This document shows positions 1 through 12,903 of a stretch of DNA of 64,000 bases, piece by piece (within the stretch, counting starts at the first letter, position 1; every line of letters begins with the position of its first letter). Below the pieces are notes generated by a model. It worked only from the letters and a program-made list of their open reading frames with translations. It did not search any database and was not told the DNA's origin. This DNA is from Octopus vulgaris (lineage: Eukaryota): assembly GCA_951406725.2 (NCBI GenBank), contig OX597817.1, positions 85,932,001-85,996,000 on the forward strand. The letters run 5' to 3'. The translations under genes and the position numbers were made by a program.

Positions 1-3000
1 GGTACGTGTGTATGTGCATAAGCCCCATACATTGGACAATTGAAGTATAAGAACGCCTTCAGAAATGCATCAGTGAAAACGAACACCATATGATAGATGT
101 TGTTTGCCCCACCCTGTATAAAGGCTGCAGAAAATGTCCAACAAGAAATACCCTATGTTACAAGCATGAGAAAAAAACCCATTATTCTCTGGTATGCTAA
201 TCACATAATAAACAGGCAATGAACCAATCTCTAAAGCATTAACGTCTGCAAATTTAAGTTTTCTAGTTTTACTGTAACATCCTTTATCTCATGCACACAA
301 TAGCTTAATTAACAATCAGTCAATACTAGCTTTATTTGACAGTGAAAACACTGACAATATTATCAAAGATGATATTGTTCAGTAGAACGATTTAGTTATT
401 AAACCATTCAGAGGTAATATTATGACAGCATCAATGCAGTTCCAAGAACATACAAACTTGACAGCCAATATACTGAAAAGTTGTGCAAATAGCAATTGCT
501 AGTAGTTATATGCAGCTTCTGCTCACATGTAATACTGGGACGCAGTTTCATGTCTCAACAATCTTCAGATTTTAAGTTTAATGCCTCTGCAAACCCTCTA
601 ATGTTATCAAATTTTGCTTGATTTCACCAATTTGCACTGTACAAAATTTAAATTCAAATCTCATTACTGCACCTAACAGAAAAGTATTCTGTGGGCAAAT
701 TCATAAGACAAAAGGTTAAACTACCTAATCAAAAGCATCACAGAGCTAACACACTATGGAGAGCTCTCAGATAATAAAATAAAAGTGAAAAATCAAACAA
801 GTGTTTTGTCAGATTTCTCAACCCTTTTGCTCTTCTTGATGCTTTTCCTTTGATAGATAATCTCTGCTAAATACCAATATTTATATTTTAGCAAGATCAA
901 TATGACATGACCTTTATCAAATGATTAAAGACTGTCTTTAAACTATTTTCCAGCCTTGTAGCAATTGTGACAGTAAACTTCCATTTGGTTTCATAAATGT
1001 TGTGGCATATAAAAGTAAATTATTCCACAGCCTTATATCTAGTTACATTTTGATAACATTATTGTATGCTGTGACTCCATTACAGATCAAGAGAGAAATT
1101 TAAAGACATTTCATAACATTTTTTTAAAATACAATTTTGGTAAGACAAAATCAATTTCTTTGGTTATTGCAGTCAAAATAACTATAAAATAACACCAGAG
1201 CCTGGAAGATTGCTTCCTCTTAAATTTCTTAAAGTACCCACTTCCAAAAATTTTTCTGTTGCTAGTTTATTACAGCAAATGGGTGATACTTTTTCAAATA
1301 AAACAAGACTTTTAATGAAATTTACTACTTTTCTTATTTCTCAAGGAATAGTTATTGCTTTCAAACAAAATTGATATAGAAAATGTTTTTTTCTATGCTA
1401 CAGACAATTCTGTTCCATTTACTGTTCAGACTGATGTACCAGACATTGTTTTGGTCACAACTTTCCCCTTCTAAAAGTGAATCTTTTATCCTTTCAGTTA
1501 AGAAGGTAGCTGCTGTGATTATTGAGTGCTTCGACCATTGGCAGCACTATTTCCAAGAGAAACACTTTACCCACATTATCAAAGAATCCAATTTAAGTTT
1601 GGTAAATTTGATAAATTCAAAATAAAAAACAACAAAACAGTATGCTAGGAAATCAAATTTTCTTCACAGAGGCAGGACAAGTTGGAATCATGAGAAACTT
1701 TTGGATTACTGGAGTTGGAGTTGATAAAAATGTACTGACTCTCCCAACTCAGACTAAAGTTAAGTTAAAATGTAATATAAACCTTTTAAAATTTCCAGTT
1801 TCACATAAAAGTTTGAAAATAAATGATTTTAAGAACTTCTACAAAGGAAAATCTAGTAGAAATAATTGTTTCTAAAAACAAAGACATTAGTCATTTTTTA
1901 GTTGTATTTTTGATTACACAAGTTTCCTTTAATAGATTTTGAAACAAACTCTTCAGTGTTTTACAATATAATTATTTTTATTATTTCATGCAATTGTTCA
2001 CATTCAATTTTAATTCCAACAATGCTTTATTCTTGAAAAGAAATGGTTATGTATCTAATTGCATTTATTTCCATTAAAATGGTCATTTGTTCAGTTCCTG
2101 TAGTTGAATCCATTAATTTTAACTTCATGAATTTTTGATTTTTTGAACTGATAAACAAAGGGGTTCCTAGTTTCCTTTTATAGTATTTTTATTACTTCTT
2201 TTCTATCTTTTTACTTTGTAAACTTTTGATGAAAACATCTTTTCTTATTTTTCATGTCTTATACTTAATTATTTCTAACTTCTTTAATAGATAATTTTTA
2301 AAAAGTCACAAAGGCATAGCTAATAGCATTTAAATTCCAATTTTAACATATTAGGGTGCTAAATAGTAAACTGATGATCCACATTGTCCAAGCATGCTGT
2401 ATGTTTTCAATCAACATAAGAAATATATAAGTCTAATTACAAATAGGAGTCAGAAATAGTGGTACCATAAATTGAGGAGTCTGAATCAAAGATTTTGTGT
2501 ACCAACACCACAGTACTACATATAGGTTTGACATTTTCCACTGATATGGAAAATAGAATGTCAGTACTAATGTTTTGTCTCAAATATAATGTTCTGTTCA
2601 ACTAGAGTATAAATTTATTCAATCTATTCACAAGGAACCATGTTACCCAGACATGAGAAGATTGCTTTATTATGAAATGGCAAAAAAAAAATCTTTGATT
2701 TTCTACAAAGGATGTTTGTAAGATCTGTTATAGCTGAGAATATGCTCCGAACTATAAAACCTTAATTTCACAATCTTATGGACCAACATGCTGTAAGAGC
2801 TACTCAGTCTATGGAAGACCTAAACAGTCAATATCACAAAAAATTTCTTTTAATGGCAGTTGATGAATAGTCATGTTCCCCTCTTAATTTCCTTGGTGCT
2901 GATATTACCAATGTCCCAAAGAGCCATTCTCTCAAGTTGGAACTACCAACACTATCCACAGTAACAAAAAAGCCTAAATCATATATATGGAAGTATAACA

Positions 3001-3209
3001 TTTTCTAACACAAAAAGGATCATGTTAAGCAGAACTATCCATTACGATGTGAAAAACCAGTCAGAGAATATGGAAGATGGTACTGTTGTCTTTCAAGTCA
3101 TGGAATCTTCCAAAATCTCATTAGGAAGATGGTATTTTTGAAATACTTCATTCAATTCACTCTCTTAACTACTATAAATAAGACTCCTCTAGGTTAATTT
3201 TTACTTTTT

Positions 3210-3273
3210 TCATAAGACACCATTTTCTAAATGGTATCCTTCAACCTCTTTGGCTAATTTCTTCTGGTCCAGG
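3210..3273 (-). CDS. TERB1: TERB1-like last exon, open part up to the first stop
   Basis: tttttatag|C LDQKKLAKEVEGYHLENGVL-TGA in the required phase. Coding-like but stop-riddled sequence continues in the same frame (ESELNEVFQKYHLPNEILEDSMT*). Confidence 0.6.
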
Positions 3274-5288
3274 CTATAAAAAAATATATATAAAAGTGAC
3301 TCTAATGCAGAAGCTAAATTACTGGAATATAATGATATGTTTGCCTATGTTTGAAAAGTTATAGAGTCATAAATACTATTACTAAATTTACATCTTAATA
3401 GTTCATTAGGAATTTCATTTCTTTACAAAAGAGGGAGTGTTTTAATTCTGCATTTCGGCAAAAGATGTTTTAGCACGTAAAGGATGAGTTATCTCCCTTA
3501 CTTATTATTTTCCAACTTGGTTATGAGTTCTATTTTGAGATTGGAAAGTGAAGATAACAGGTTATTCTTGGAATTGAGATATTGTATATTGTTTTGCATT
3601 CTCAGAGTACGGGGTACAGGGAGACATAATGAAGAGTATGGTGATGTTAGGATCCAACAAGGTCAGAATGAGTGTTTAATGAAAGGAATACTGTTAGGAG
3701 CAATTATCTTATACTGCATACACTTAATAACTGTAGGTTCAATAAAGTTCAATAAGAATTTTGCTCTGTGAATTACCAACAGCTTTATCTGCAAAAGAGC
3801 TACTTACAAAGCCATCTCAATTAATGAGTAATAGGAGGAGACTTATGGTAAATTGGTAAAGAATTCTTTAATGAGAGATCCAGCTGAAACTTGAGAAGCT
3901 TGTGAGTTTTCACACCATGCAATCATTGAAAATATCACTTGATTTCCTGACAGCCATCTTGCAGCATCTGGATAATTTACTCCAAGTATTGAAACCATGT
4001 CCCTCACCTGTATTGGTGCAACATTGCTATGAGTGGCTCACTTAGTGATTTAGGGGTGGTAAACTTTGGTTGCGAAAAGTGTCATAATGTATATCTAAGT
4101 GAATGGTATCAGTCATCTATACTTTTTATCAAGGGGAGACAGTAACAAAACAGCAGAATTCCAACCAGTTAGCAGGTTTGAAATCCCAAACAGTTTGAAC
4201 AGAGGCTGGAATTGTTGTGCAGCAGAATAATGGAATGGGTTCCCTTAATTAAGCAGTGATTAAATGATCTGAAGGAGCAGAAAATGTGTACACAGAGGAA
4301 AGGCTATGTTTGGAGATTAGAAAATGGTAAAAGATATTTGGAGAATGTTTGGTGATAAAGTATGTTCAACACAGATACAATTGATGATAATGACCAATGG
4401 GCATTCTTTCATCCATCAAGAGGCTCCTTTGCTTTACAATCTACAAGATGACTCCACAAAAAGCTGGTGCCACAAAAAGCACCCAGTACATTCTGTAAAT
4501 GGCTGGTAAATCAAATCAAGCAAAAAGCAATGTAAGACTTCAGAAGGCTCTTTAGTCCTGCTGACAATAAGGCAACCTCTATAGTGCTAGTGCAACAAAA
4601 AATGCACCCAGTATACTCTGTAAAGATATTGATGTTAGGAAGAGCATTCAATAGTAGAAACTAAGACATTAGAGAAAGACATAGTACTCTGACCTGTCAG
4701 AGTAGTTTGATCCATCATGGGTCGAGCTGGCATGGGTTGAATGTCAAACCATCCGACCCATTACAACTTAGGAAATGCCTAGATGGTAGGTGGTAACGAT
4801 GATGATTGTCTCAGTTGAGGATACTTAGTAAGTGAAGAGACAAACTGGTACAAACAGTTGAGGATGGAAAATTGAGTAAGCTTCTATAATGTGGCAGAAT
4901 GAGAGGATTGTTTTAGTCCAAGAGGATTAGCACATACTGAACTCATCAAGGATAATTCCAAAAGAAAAAAAATTAGTAGATATATTCTCAATACAGAATG
5001 AAAGGTAGTCAAACAGCTGATGATTGGAGAAATAGAGATTTCATGAACTTCTAAAACTGAGGAAGTGAGTACTTGAATCAGCCTAATGAAATGGATGGAA
5101 AATAAAGATAGAGATTCTACACAGACAGAAGTTAGAATATAAAGTATAGACTGGACAGTAGAAATGTTTCGGAGACAAGGATAAGAATTCAAAATTGGTA
5201 AAAAACAATGAGTTTTTAGAAAGAAAAAGCAATATCAATACAAATTTAAAATAGAAAAATAATATGAAAAGGATAAATATATTTTCAC

Positions 5289-5436
5289 CTGTAAGAGTGT
5301 GTAAAACTACCTCCAAGTGGTTGGGCATTTTCAATAAAGTCCAGTTTTGCTAAATCTTGGTTGTCCATTATGTTGCTATGGATACGCTGGTTAATTCTAT
5401 TGTTGTTATAACCATTACTTGAACTATCCACTCCAA
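5289..5436 (-). CDS. TERB1: TERB1-like exon 8 (open)
   Basis: tttttag|(V)GVDSSSNGYNNNRINQRIHSNIMDNQDLAKLDFIENAQPLGGSFTHSY(S)|gtgaaa; 148 nt, phase 1 to 2. Confidence 0.7.
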
Positions 5437-6039
5437 CTAAAAATAAAATAAAACAATAAATAAGCATTAGTTGAGTGCCAACAAATGAAAGCTAAATTTA
5501 TTAAAATGAGAGAGTTTGTATGTGTACACATATACACACATCATTACCTCAATTGACAGAATTAATGTCCCACACTTTTATTTCATAAGTAGAAAATTTG
5601 TTACCAGAGAATAGTAACACATAATTCTTATGCAAATAAATACTTTCAATTATTTGCAGCAAATAAGCTCACGTATATTTCAAATACACTAAACCTAACA
5701 TGACATATTTAGACAATATCCTTCCAACAAAATTATAATTTAATTAAGAAAATATACTTTCTTTCATTTATGCAACAAATAAAAATGCAAAACAATAAAT
5801 ATGCTACTACTGGTTCTGATAAATTTTTATTTTTATAAAAAAAACAGGTATTAAAGATTGAATGCTTTGCATTCTTCCTACATAACAATACTTCCTTACA
5901 ACAATTCAGTGCTACAAATACAAATCCTTTTAGATTTCATTTAAAACAAATCATATTCTAAAAAACATTCTTAAACATAAGTTGTTTCACAAAGACTTTT
6001 AGATAAAATCTGTTGTTAAAAGAAGTTGTGGAGGAGCTT

Positions 6040-6480
6040 CTTTTTCAGTATCTGAGCTTGAACTTGTAGGTCTATTAACCTTTCAAGGTCTTCATAGGTG
6101 AGAGTAATGTTATCAGCATGCACTAAATCCTGAATGTCACCTGCATCAACTTCTTCAAATCCCACTTCCTGTGCCATTTACACAAAATTATTGTTGATTG
6201 ACACTTTCATCTTCTATCCTATGGTCTACATTCAGTCACAATTTTGTCCAGACTCCAATAAAATATGTAGGTTTAACTTCTTCTTAAGCATCTTTAATAT
6301 CTTTCATTGCTTGCATAATGCTATAATTTCACCAGATTTCTGAATTAATGTTTGCTTTCTTAATTACTTCAGTTCAAAAATTGACAAAATTGCTGCACAA
6401 GTTTAAAAAATCAGAAACCCTCTAGAATGTAAAAATAAACTACCCAATTTCTTTCTTTTGTGCATAATAATAAAAAACAA
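6040..6480 (-). mobile_element. Tigger/pogo-family transposase C-terminal relic
   Basis: Minus-strand translation with stops: EIW*NYSIMQAMKDIKDA*EEVKPTYFIGVWTKL...MAQEVGFEEVDAGDIQDLVHADNITLTYEDLE, typical of the Tigger/TIGD C-terminus. Confidence 0.7.
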
Positions 6481-6862
6481 TATGCCTTGTAAGGAACTTC
6501 AAATTTTGGGGAACAACCAAGCAACAAGAGTGGTTCATACTTTTTCTGTGCAATTTTGGTTGTGAAATTCTGCAATATTAAACTACATTTTAACAATGTC
6601 TCAATTCAAAGAAACATAAAACTAGATATTGGTGTGTGTCTTCACACTTGCACATGCATATATATATATGTACCTTCTATCTTTCCTTTCTTCTTTTGCT
6701 TGTTATATATGTATGTGTATATATTGATGACAGGCTTCTTTCAGTTTCTGTCACAAGATTTCAGTTGGTTTGGGGCTATAGTAGAAGACACTTGCCCATG
6801 GTGATATGCTTGGAAGTAAGCTTCTTACCACACAGCCATACCTGCACACATACACACAAGTG

Positions 6863-7053
6863 TTACAGAATGGAAAAGGTAAGATCTGGGCTACATGTTT
6901 CATAGGAGGCGGAACCTCAGAAATGGTAAAAATCCAAGCGAGGTGTATACCACTGGCTACTCTTCAGGCCAAGGATATATTAATTTTTACTACTTCTGAG
7001 GTTCCGCCAACTATGAAACATGTAACCTGAATTTTACCTACTCCATTCTTTAA
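6863..7053. mobile_element. Foldback MITE with ~70-bp inverted arms
   Basis: ttacagaatggaaaaggtaagatctgggctacatgtttcataggaggcggaacctcagaa... is the imperfect reverse complement of ...ttctgaggttccgccaactatgaaacatgtaacctgaattttacctactccattctttaa; TTAA-AG-like ends. Confidence 0.7.
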
Positions 7054-7243
7054 TTCTTGTATTCTTATTCACACACCAGGCAACCCTGGTTGCCTACCGT
7101 GGAATATAAAAAGAACTTTTATTTCTGGTTATCGTTCTTCAATATGAAAAAAATCCACAACCACTATTGTCCTCGAAAGTTGTTTTTTTATATTTACTAC
7201 GAATTGCTTGAAGCTAGCTTTCTTCCTACACCTTGATCCCGGG

Positions 7244-7280
<37 letters not shown>

Positions 7281-7337
7281 TTAATTTATGTTGTGGTACA
7301 ATAATAAAAAAAGTACTCAATGAAACTTTGTGTACAG

Positions 7338-7605
7338 CAGTAGTTCCCAAACTTTTGGGGGCTGCCACTCCCTTGGCACCTGGGCCACATTCTTAGTTCG
7401 CCCCACCCCCACCCCCGCCACTTAACACCACAAACAAAGACGACTTTATACATCAAGTTCAAAACTGCATTTCGCAAATAAAACTTAAATTTTGTTGTTT
7501 TTACATCCACTGACCCCCTTTTGGCCACTCCATTTTTTTTCAGCGGGCCCCTGGATCTTTCTACTTCCCCCAGAGGGGCAGTAGCGCCCACTTTTGGAAC
7601 CACTG
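7338..7605. mobile_element. hAT (Charlie-type) MITE
   Basis: TIRs CAGTAGTTCCCAA / TTGGAACCACTG; 8-bp TSD gtgtacag/gtgtagag; same family as 12215-12520 in opposite orientation. Confidence 0.85.
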
Positions 7606-7851
7606 GTGTAGAGCCTTTTAGATAACAAGGGATTACATAAACTAAACTGCAATTTCATTCAGTCAGTTGACCTCACATAGCAAGTTTGAATGTGGCAAAA
7701 TGACTGTAGGCAATGTAAGTGGAACAGATCTTAGTTGCTTTTTATTATGCATCAAGGAGAGGACCTTTTTTGAAATTATCAAGGAGGAATTTAGTGGGAG
7801 TGTCAGTTAGCCAAAATTAATTCATCTATTTTTCTTTTTAAGACTGAAGTA

Positions 7852-8981
7852 TTGGGTTGTCTGGAAAGTTTGTGCCGATTTATAGTAGCTTACCTTTCAA
7901 CTTATTTTAGAACATGGTTGAGTCCATAAAATAGGATTTGACTACACCTCTATTTAGAGCACAGTTTAAGCTATCTTTTCGTGGAAGAAGGTTTATGTTC
8001 CTATAACCTATGTTAATTCTGTAACCCTTTAAAATGGAAGATAAGTTCATTTTTGGCATGTGATGCTTTTCTTTTTCCGTAAAGGGAAAATGCCTCACAA
8101 GCAACCAAAGAAATATGCGCAGTTTACGGTGATGTTTCTTTATCCGAAAGAACTGTGACCAAATCAAGTCATTAATTGCAAATAACCCACATTGCACAAC
8201 CCGAGAATTGGCAGAAAGCCTCAACCTATCAAAATCCATCATTCATGAGCACCTGGTAAAGCTTGGGTATACAAATTGCTACAATGTTTGGGTACCACAT
8301 GAGTTGAGAGAGAAGAACCTTTTGGACCGCATTTCCATCTGTGATTCGCTTTATAAATGGAATGAAAATGCACCTTTTTTAAAGCAAATTGTGACAGATG
8401 ATGAGAAATGGATTATCTACCGAAATGTTCAGAGAAAGCGATCCTTAGCCACCCCAAAAGCGGGATTGGAAAGGAATTATGTACTACGAGCTTCTCCCAA
8501 GTAACCAAACAATTAATTCTGAGAACAACTGCACACAACTGGATGAGTTAAAAGCAGCAATTCATGAGAAACGTCCAGAATTGGCTAACAGGAAGGGTGT
8601 TGTTTTCCAACATGATAATGCAAGACCACACGTTTCTTTGGGAACCAGACAAAAATTGCTGCAGCTCGGCTGGGATGTGTTATCCCACCCTCCATAGTCA
8701 CCAGATATTGCTCCTTCAGATTTCCACTTATTCAGGTCTCTGCAGAATAGTCTTAATGGTAAAAATTTCAATTCCTTGGATGATGTAAAAAGATACCTTG
8801 AGGAATTCTTTGCCATAAAACCACCTCAATTCTGGGAAGAGAGTATTTTCAAGTTAAAGGAAAGATGGAGACGCATTGTGCAAAAAAATGGTTCATATTT
8901 GGTTGATTAAAAATGTAATGGCAAGTATTTATTGACCTTTTTCTTTCCTTTAAAAATCGGCACAAACTTTCTGGACAGAAG
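7852..8981 (+). mobile_element. Mariner (DD34D, mellifera-subfamily-like) transposon, internally deleted and inactive
   Basis: TIR TTGGGTTGTCTGGAAAGTTTGTGCCGATTT / AAATCGGCACAAACTTTCTGGACA with TA flanks; WVPHEL, IVTDDEKW, HDNARPH and HPP*SPDIAPSDFHLF motifs split over frames. Confidence 0.93.
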
Positions 8982-11838
8982 TATGAGGACTTTCATTCCT
9001 TCTTAAATTTCTTATCTAATACTCCTATAAGATTCTGGTTGGCTCTACTTTGTCCTGTGGTATCAAAATCTGCTTTCAAATAAATCTTTTTCTTGTGGTG
9101 ATGATAGAACTGTTGTGATGACACAGGCAACTTCTGAAAGAGTGTCTTCTAAGTCCTATATAACATGTATTGCTGGTAGAGACATCAGCCCAAAATACAA
9201 TGCTTTTCTCTAAGTATTTACCTTTTAAGAGCAAAGGTCTACATCTTGACAATTACACGTTGGCTTTCTTAACCTCTTAATACTAACTACGTTTCATAAC
9301 ACTCTACAGCTCTGTTGAAATCTTGAACCAATCAAGTCTGTGCATATCCAAGCTAAAGACATTAAAAAAGCTTTCAATTTCATAAAGAAGTTAAAAGCCT
9401 ACTAGCCTAAGTCACTTTGTAACTTCTACCAATTAAAATATATGTATTCCTGTTTGTACTACCAAGCCTATACATATCTGATCATAGAGTGTGCGTGTAT
9501 TGCCCTGCGAAATAATTTGTTTATATATTAATTTTTTGATAATTTTTATCATGTAGTTCAATGGTAGAACGAAGAGGACAAAGAGTTCAACTCCTATAAG
9601 AATAAAAATACCTAAGGAGATTTATTATCTTTATTTTCTATAATAAACTTTGTTGACTATGTGTTTGTGTGTATTTATAAATATTGAATGGGAGTTAATT
9701 ATAGAAGATAATGATAATAAACATTGTGTATTTTTGACCATAAACAGAATTTTGTCCTTCAATAGTTCTACTACTGAACTAAATGATAAAATCTTGAATC
9801 AAAATAAATGTATAAAATAAAAAGCAGTAGAATAAATTAATATATATTATATACATTTTATTTTAGAGGGTTCTGTAAGTTTGGAGTTATACTCCCTAAT
9901 ATTATTATTATTATATACAGTTGCGGTCAAAATGTTCAGAATGGCATTGTTTTCGTCAGAAAAGTAGGTATAAGTTTTTATCAAAGTTGTTTTATATTCT
10001 ATAATTTTCACAGAGAATAAATGCGATATTAATTGTTATTGTCTGAGATTTTGGTGTAATTTAAGAGGATAATACAAAAGTTATGGATGATTTAGTGATT
10101 TACTGCAAAACCCATGGCGGCCAAAAGTTGCAGTACTTCATCCAAAGTAGATCCCTTTAAAGTCATACTATAAACACAGTATGATCTCAAAGCTAGACAA
10201 AGTAACATGCTTCAACCTGCTAGAGGCCATCATCATCATCATCGTTTAGCATCCGCTTTCCATGCTAGCATGGGTTGGACGATTTTGACTGAGGGCTGGC
10301 GAACCAGATGGCTGCACCAGGCTCCAATCTTTAGGTGGATGGAACTTGTAGACGAGTGAGACCCACGAAGACATGGAATGAAGTTGTGATGGCTGATCTC
10401 AGAAGTTTGAATTTCACAAATGAGATGATAAAGGACAACTGGCAATATGCAATGTTTCAGGAAACCATCCCATCACAGAAAAACTGAGGTTCAGGAAGTA
10501 TGTTTATATACACAATTGGGACCCACACTTAATTTCCTCATCAAACCACCCCCACCTTTTCATTTCACTATCACTTGCCTAACTGCAGTATTCCACAGCT
10601 TCTATTAATTGAGGACAGAACTATCTATTCTATCATCTTTTCTATAATACCAATTATCTTTTTCAATACCAGGAACCAACTGACTTAGCATCCATCCTTT
10701 ATGGTTAATATTACCCTTCCAACATTCATTACATTCACTCCTATATCCTTACCAATCTCTAATCATCATCTACTCCCTCCTACCTTCCATATAACTCATA
10801 TTTATCACTGAGCACCTTGATGCTTCTTCATCATTCAATATATTTTCACCCCTACCCCATCTCCAACCATGCCTCACTCTCCATACACTCTTGCTACCCC
10901 TACCCACTCACTCTTCCCATTCTCCTCTCCCCAGGGCCCACCCTGACATGCCACCATCTTTATCTCTCTTTTCAAATACACACTGACTACTCCCACCAAC
11001 TTCCGTATAATGTGAGCAGTCATATATCTCCACTACAGTAAGAAACATGTTCCAAAAAGGTAGACTTCCCTCATACTTCAACTTTACATCACCTAGCATA
11101 AAGCTGCTTCCCCCTCTATTGTAGCCCTACTCAATTAGATCTTAGTCTTGTGAGCTTCATGGTAATCTCACTTGTGTTGGAGCCATGAAAAAAGTACTCA
11201 ATGCACACTATAAAGTGGTTGCCATTAGGAAAGGCATCCAGTTATAGACACCATGTTAAAGTAGACATTGGAACATGATGCAGTCCTCTGACCAGATGAA
11301 TCCTGTCAAACTATCCAACCAATGCCAGCATGGGAGAAAGACAGATATATATAAGCACACACACATACACATTATGCTACTGCTGAACTTCCAGGTTAGA
11401 TTTATATTCTCACATATTTAAGTTTTGTTTCTTGGAATAAATTCACTAAACAAATATGTATGTATATGTCCATCAACATATTCTAAATATTTGAAAATTT
11501 GACACACTTAAGGGTGATGTAATTTCATTTCTTAAATTAGACATACAGTTTCAAAATTTTGAAGGAGTTAGAAATAACAGTTGACAGTATTGATGCCTTT
11601 CCAAAGGCCATTATATGTGAAGTGAAATGGCTTCAAAAACAGCCGAAACTATACTATACTCCCAGCATGCTGGGAAGTTACCTCTTGTTTCTTCAGTACT
11701 AAACTGAAAATCCTATGCACAATATTTGCTAAAATGGTGGGTCAAATAGGCATAAATATATGTATATTGAGACACGTAAAAATATATAAGACAAAAATGC
11801 CTTCATTGTGAAAAAGGCAAAATATTTTTTTTCTTTAC

Positions 11839-11957
11839 CTGTCTTACCTCCAAATTGCTCTATCGTGTTTAGAATATCCTCCTTTGAAGGAGAAAACTTA
11901 GTTTTGTTTCGGCCTCCAACACGAAAACGCTGTATCATACTTTCAGCAATATCCATT
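11839..11957 (-). CDS. TERB1: TERB1-like exon 7 (open; alternative donors ending at 11848 and 11839)
   Basis: cttttag|A MDIAESMIQRFRVGGRNKTKFSPSKEDILNTIEQFG(GKT); donors GAG|gtaaga and CAG|gtaaag, both phase 1. Confidence 0.72.
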
Positions 11958-12214
11958 CTAAAAGAATAAAATTTAAGGACAAAAATTACATAAATGCGTT
12001 ATTGATACATATGTAGCTCAATATAAAAATAAAATATATCCTCTTGAAATTTTTGCACCACTTAACAAAAATAAATACAGAAGTGGGGAAGACAATGTAA
12101 TCAACTATACCTTATAAGGAACAGTTCCCTAACATGATCATCATCCATACATCTCACTTCTGGCAAAAAAAAAAAAACTCAACTTAGCCTGAGCTAACAA
12201 AGAAGCCTCTACAT

Positions 12215-12520
12215 CAGTGGTTCTCAAAGTGGGCAGTATTGCCCCCCCTAGGGTGGTGGAAAATTCTAAGGGGGCATTGAAGAAAAGTGGGGTGATGATG
12301 GGTTTGCGATTCATGTGAAAATTAGGGCTATAATGGGGTGGCAATTCATGTAAAAACAACAAAACAATGGGTTCATTAGATTAAGTTTTATTTGGGAAAT
12401 ATAGTTACTTTGAATTTGCTTTAGAAAGAGGTCTATGTAATGGTTAGTTGGGGTGGGGGCAGTAGGAATGTGACCTGGGTGTCAAGGAGGTGGCAGCCCA
12501 AAAAAGTTTGGAAACTACTG
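12215..12520. mobile_element. hAT (Charlie-type) MITE
   Basis: TIRs CAGTGGTTCTCAAA / TTTGGAAACTACTG; perfect 8-bp TSD CTCTACAT at 12207-12214 and 12521-12528. Confidence 0.9.
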
Positions 12521-12814
12521 CTCTACATGGTTACTAGACCTGCTAGAAATAGTAACCAAGTCTCTTTCAAATCAAAATAAGGACACCTATATAACCTTAA
12601 AAAGGAAGGAAACATATCTGGGATACCTGAATTTTTGCTAAGTGTTGACTTGTAAATAAATAACAACTAAATTTAGATTTAATATTCAACTACAATTCAC
12701 TTATTTTTTTCTGAGGAGCTCAAATTTAGGGTCTGAAGGAAAATGGGCTCTTCCTATCAAATTGATTTGGAGGATTCTTCATCAAGTTAGCTAAACCACT
12801 TAATATTTTCATAC

Positions 12815-12903
12815 CTTGAAAAATTGTAAAATCTCAGTTGCACATTATAAGTTTCACCGTCTTTCTTAATTAGGCTTGATAATCCAAAGTGAGAAAATGG
12901 GTG
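12815..12903 (-). CDS. TERB1: TERB1-like exon 6 (open)
   Basis: ctatag|HPFSHFGLSSLIKKDGETYNVQLRFYNFS(R)|gtatg; 89 nt, phase 0 to 2, matches both neighbours. Confidence 0.7.

Noticed and set aside
8985-9160. Candidate additional exon of the TERB1-like gene
   Set aside because: The required phase hits a stop, and exons 7 and 8 already join in frame without it.
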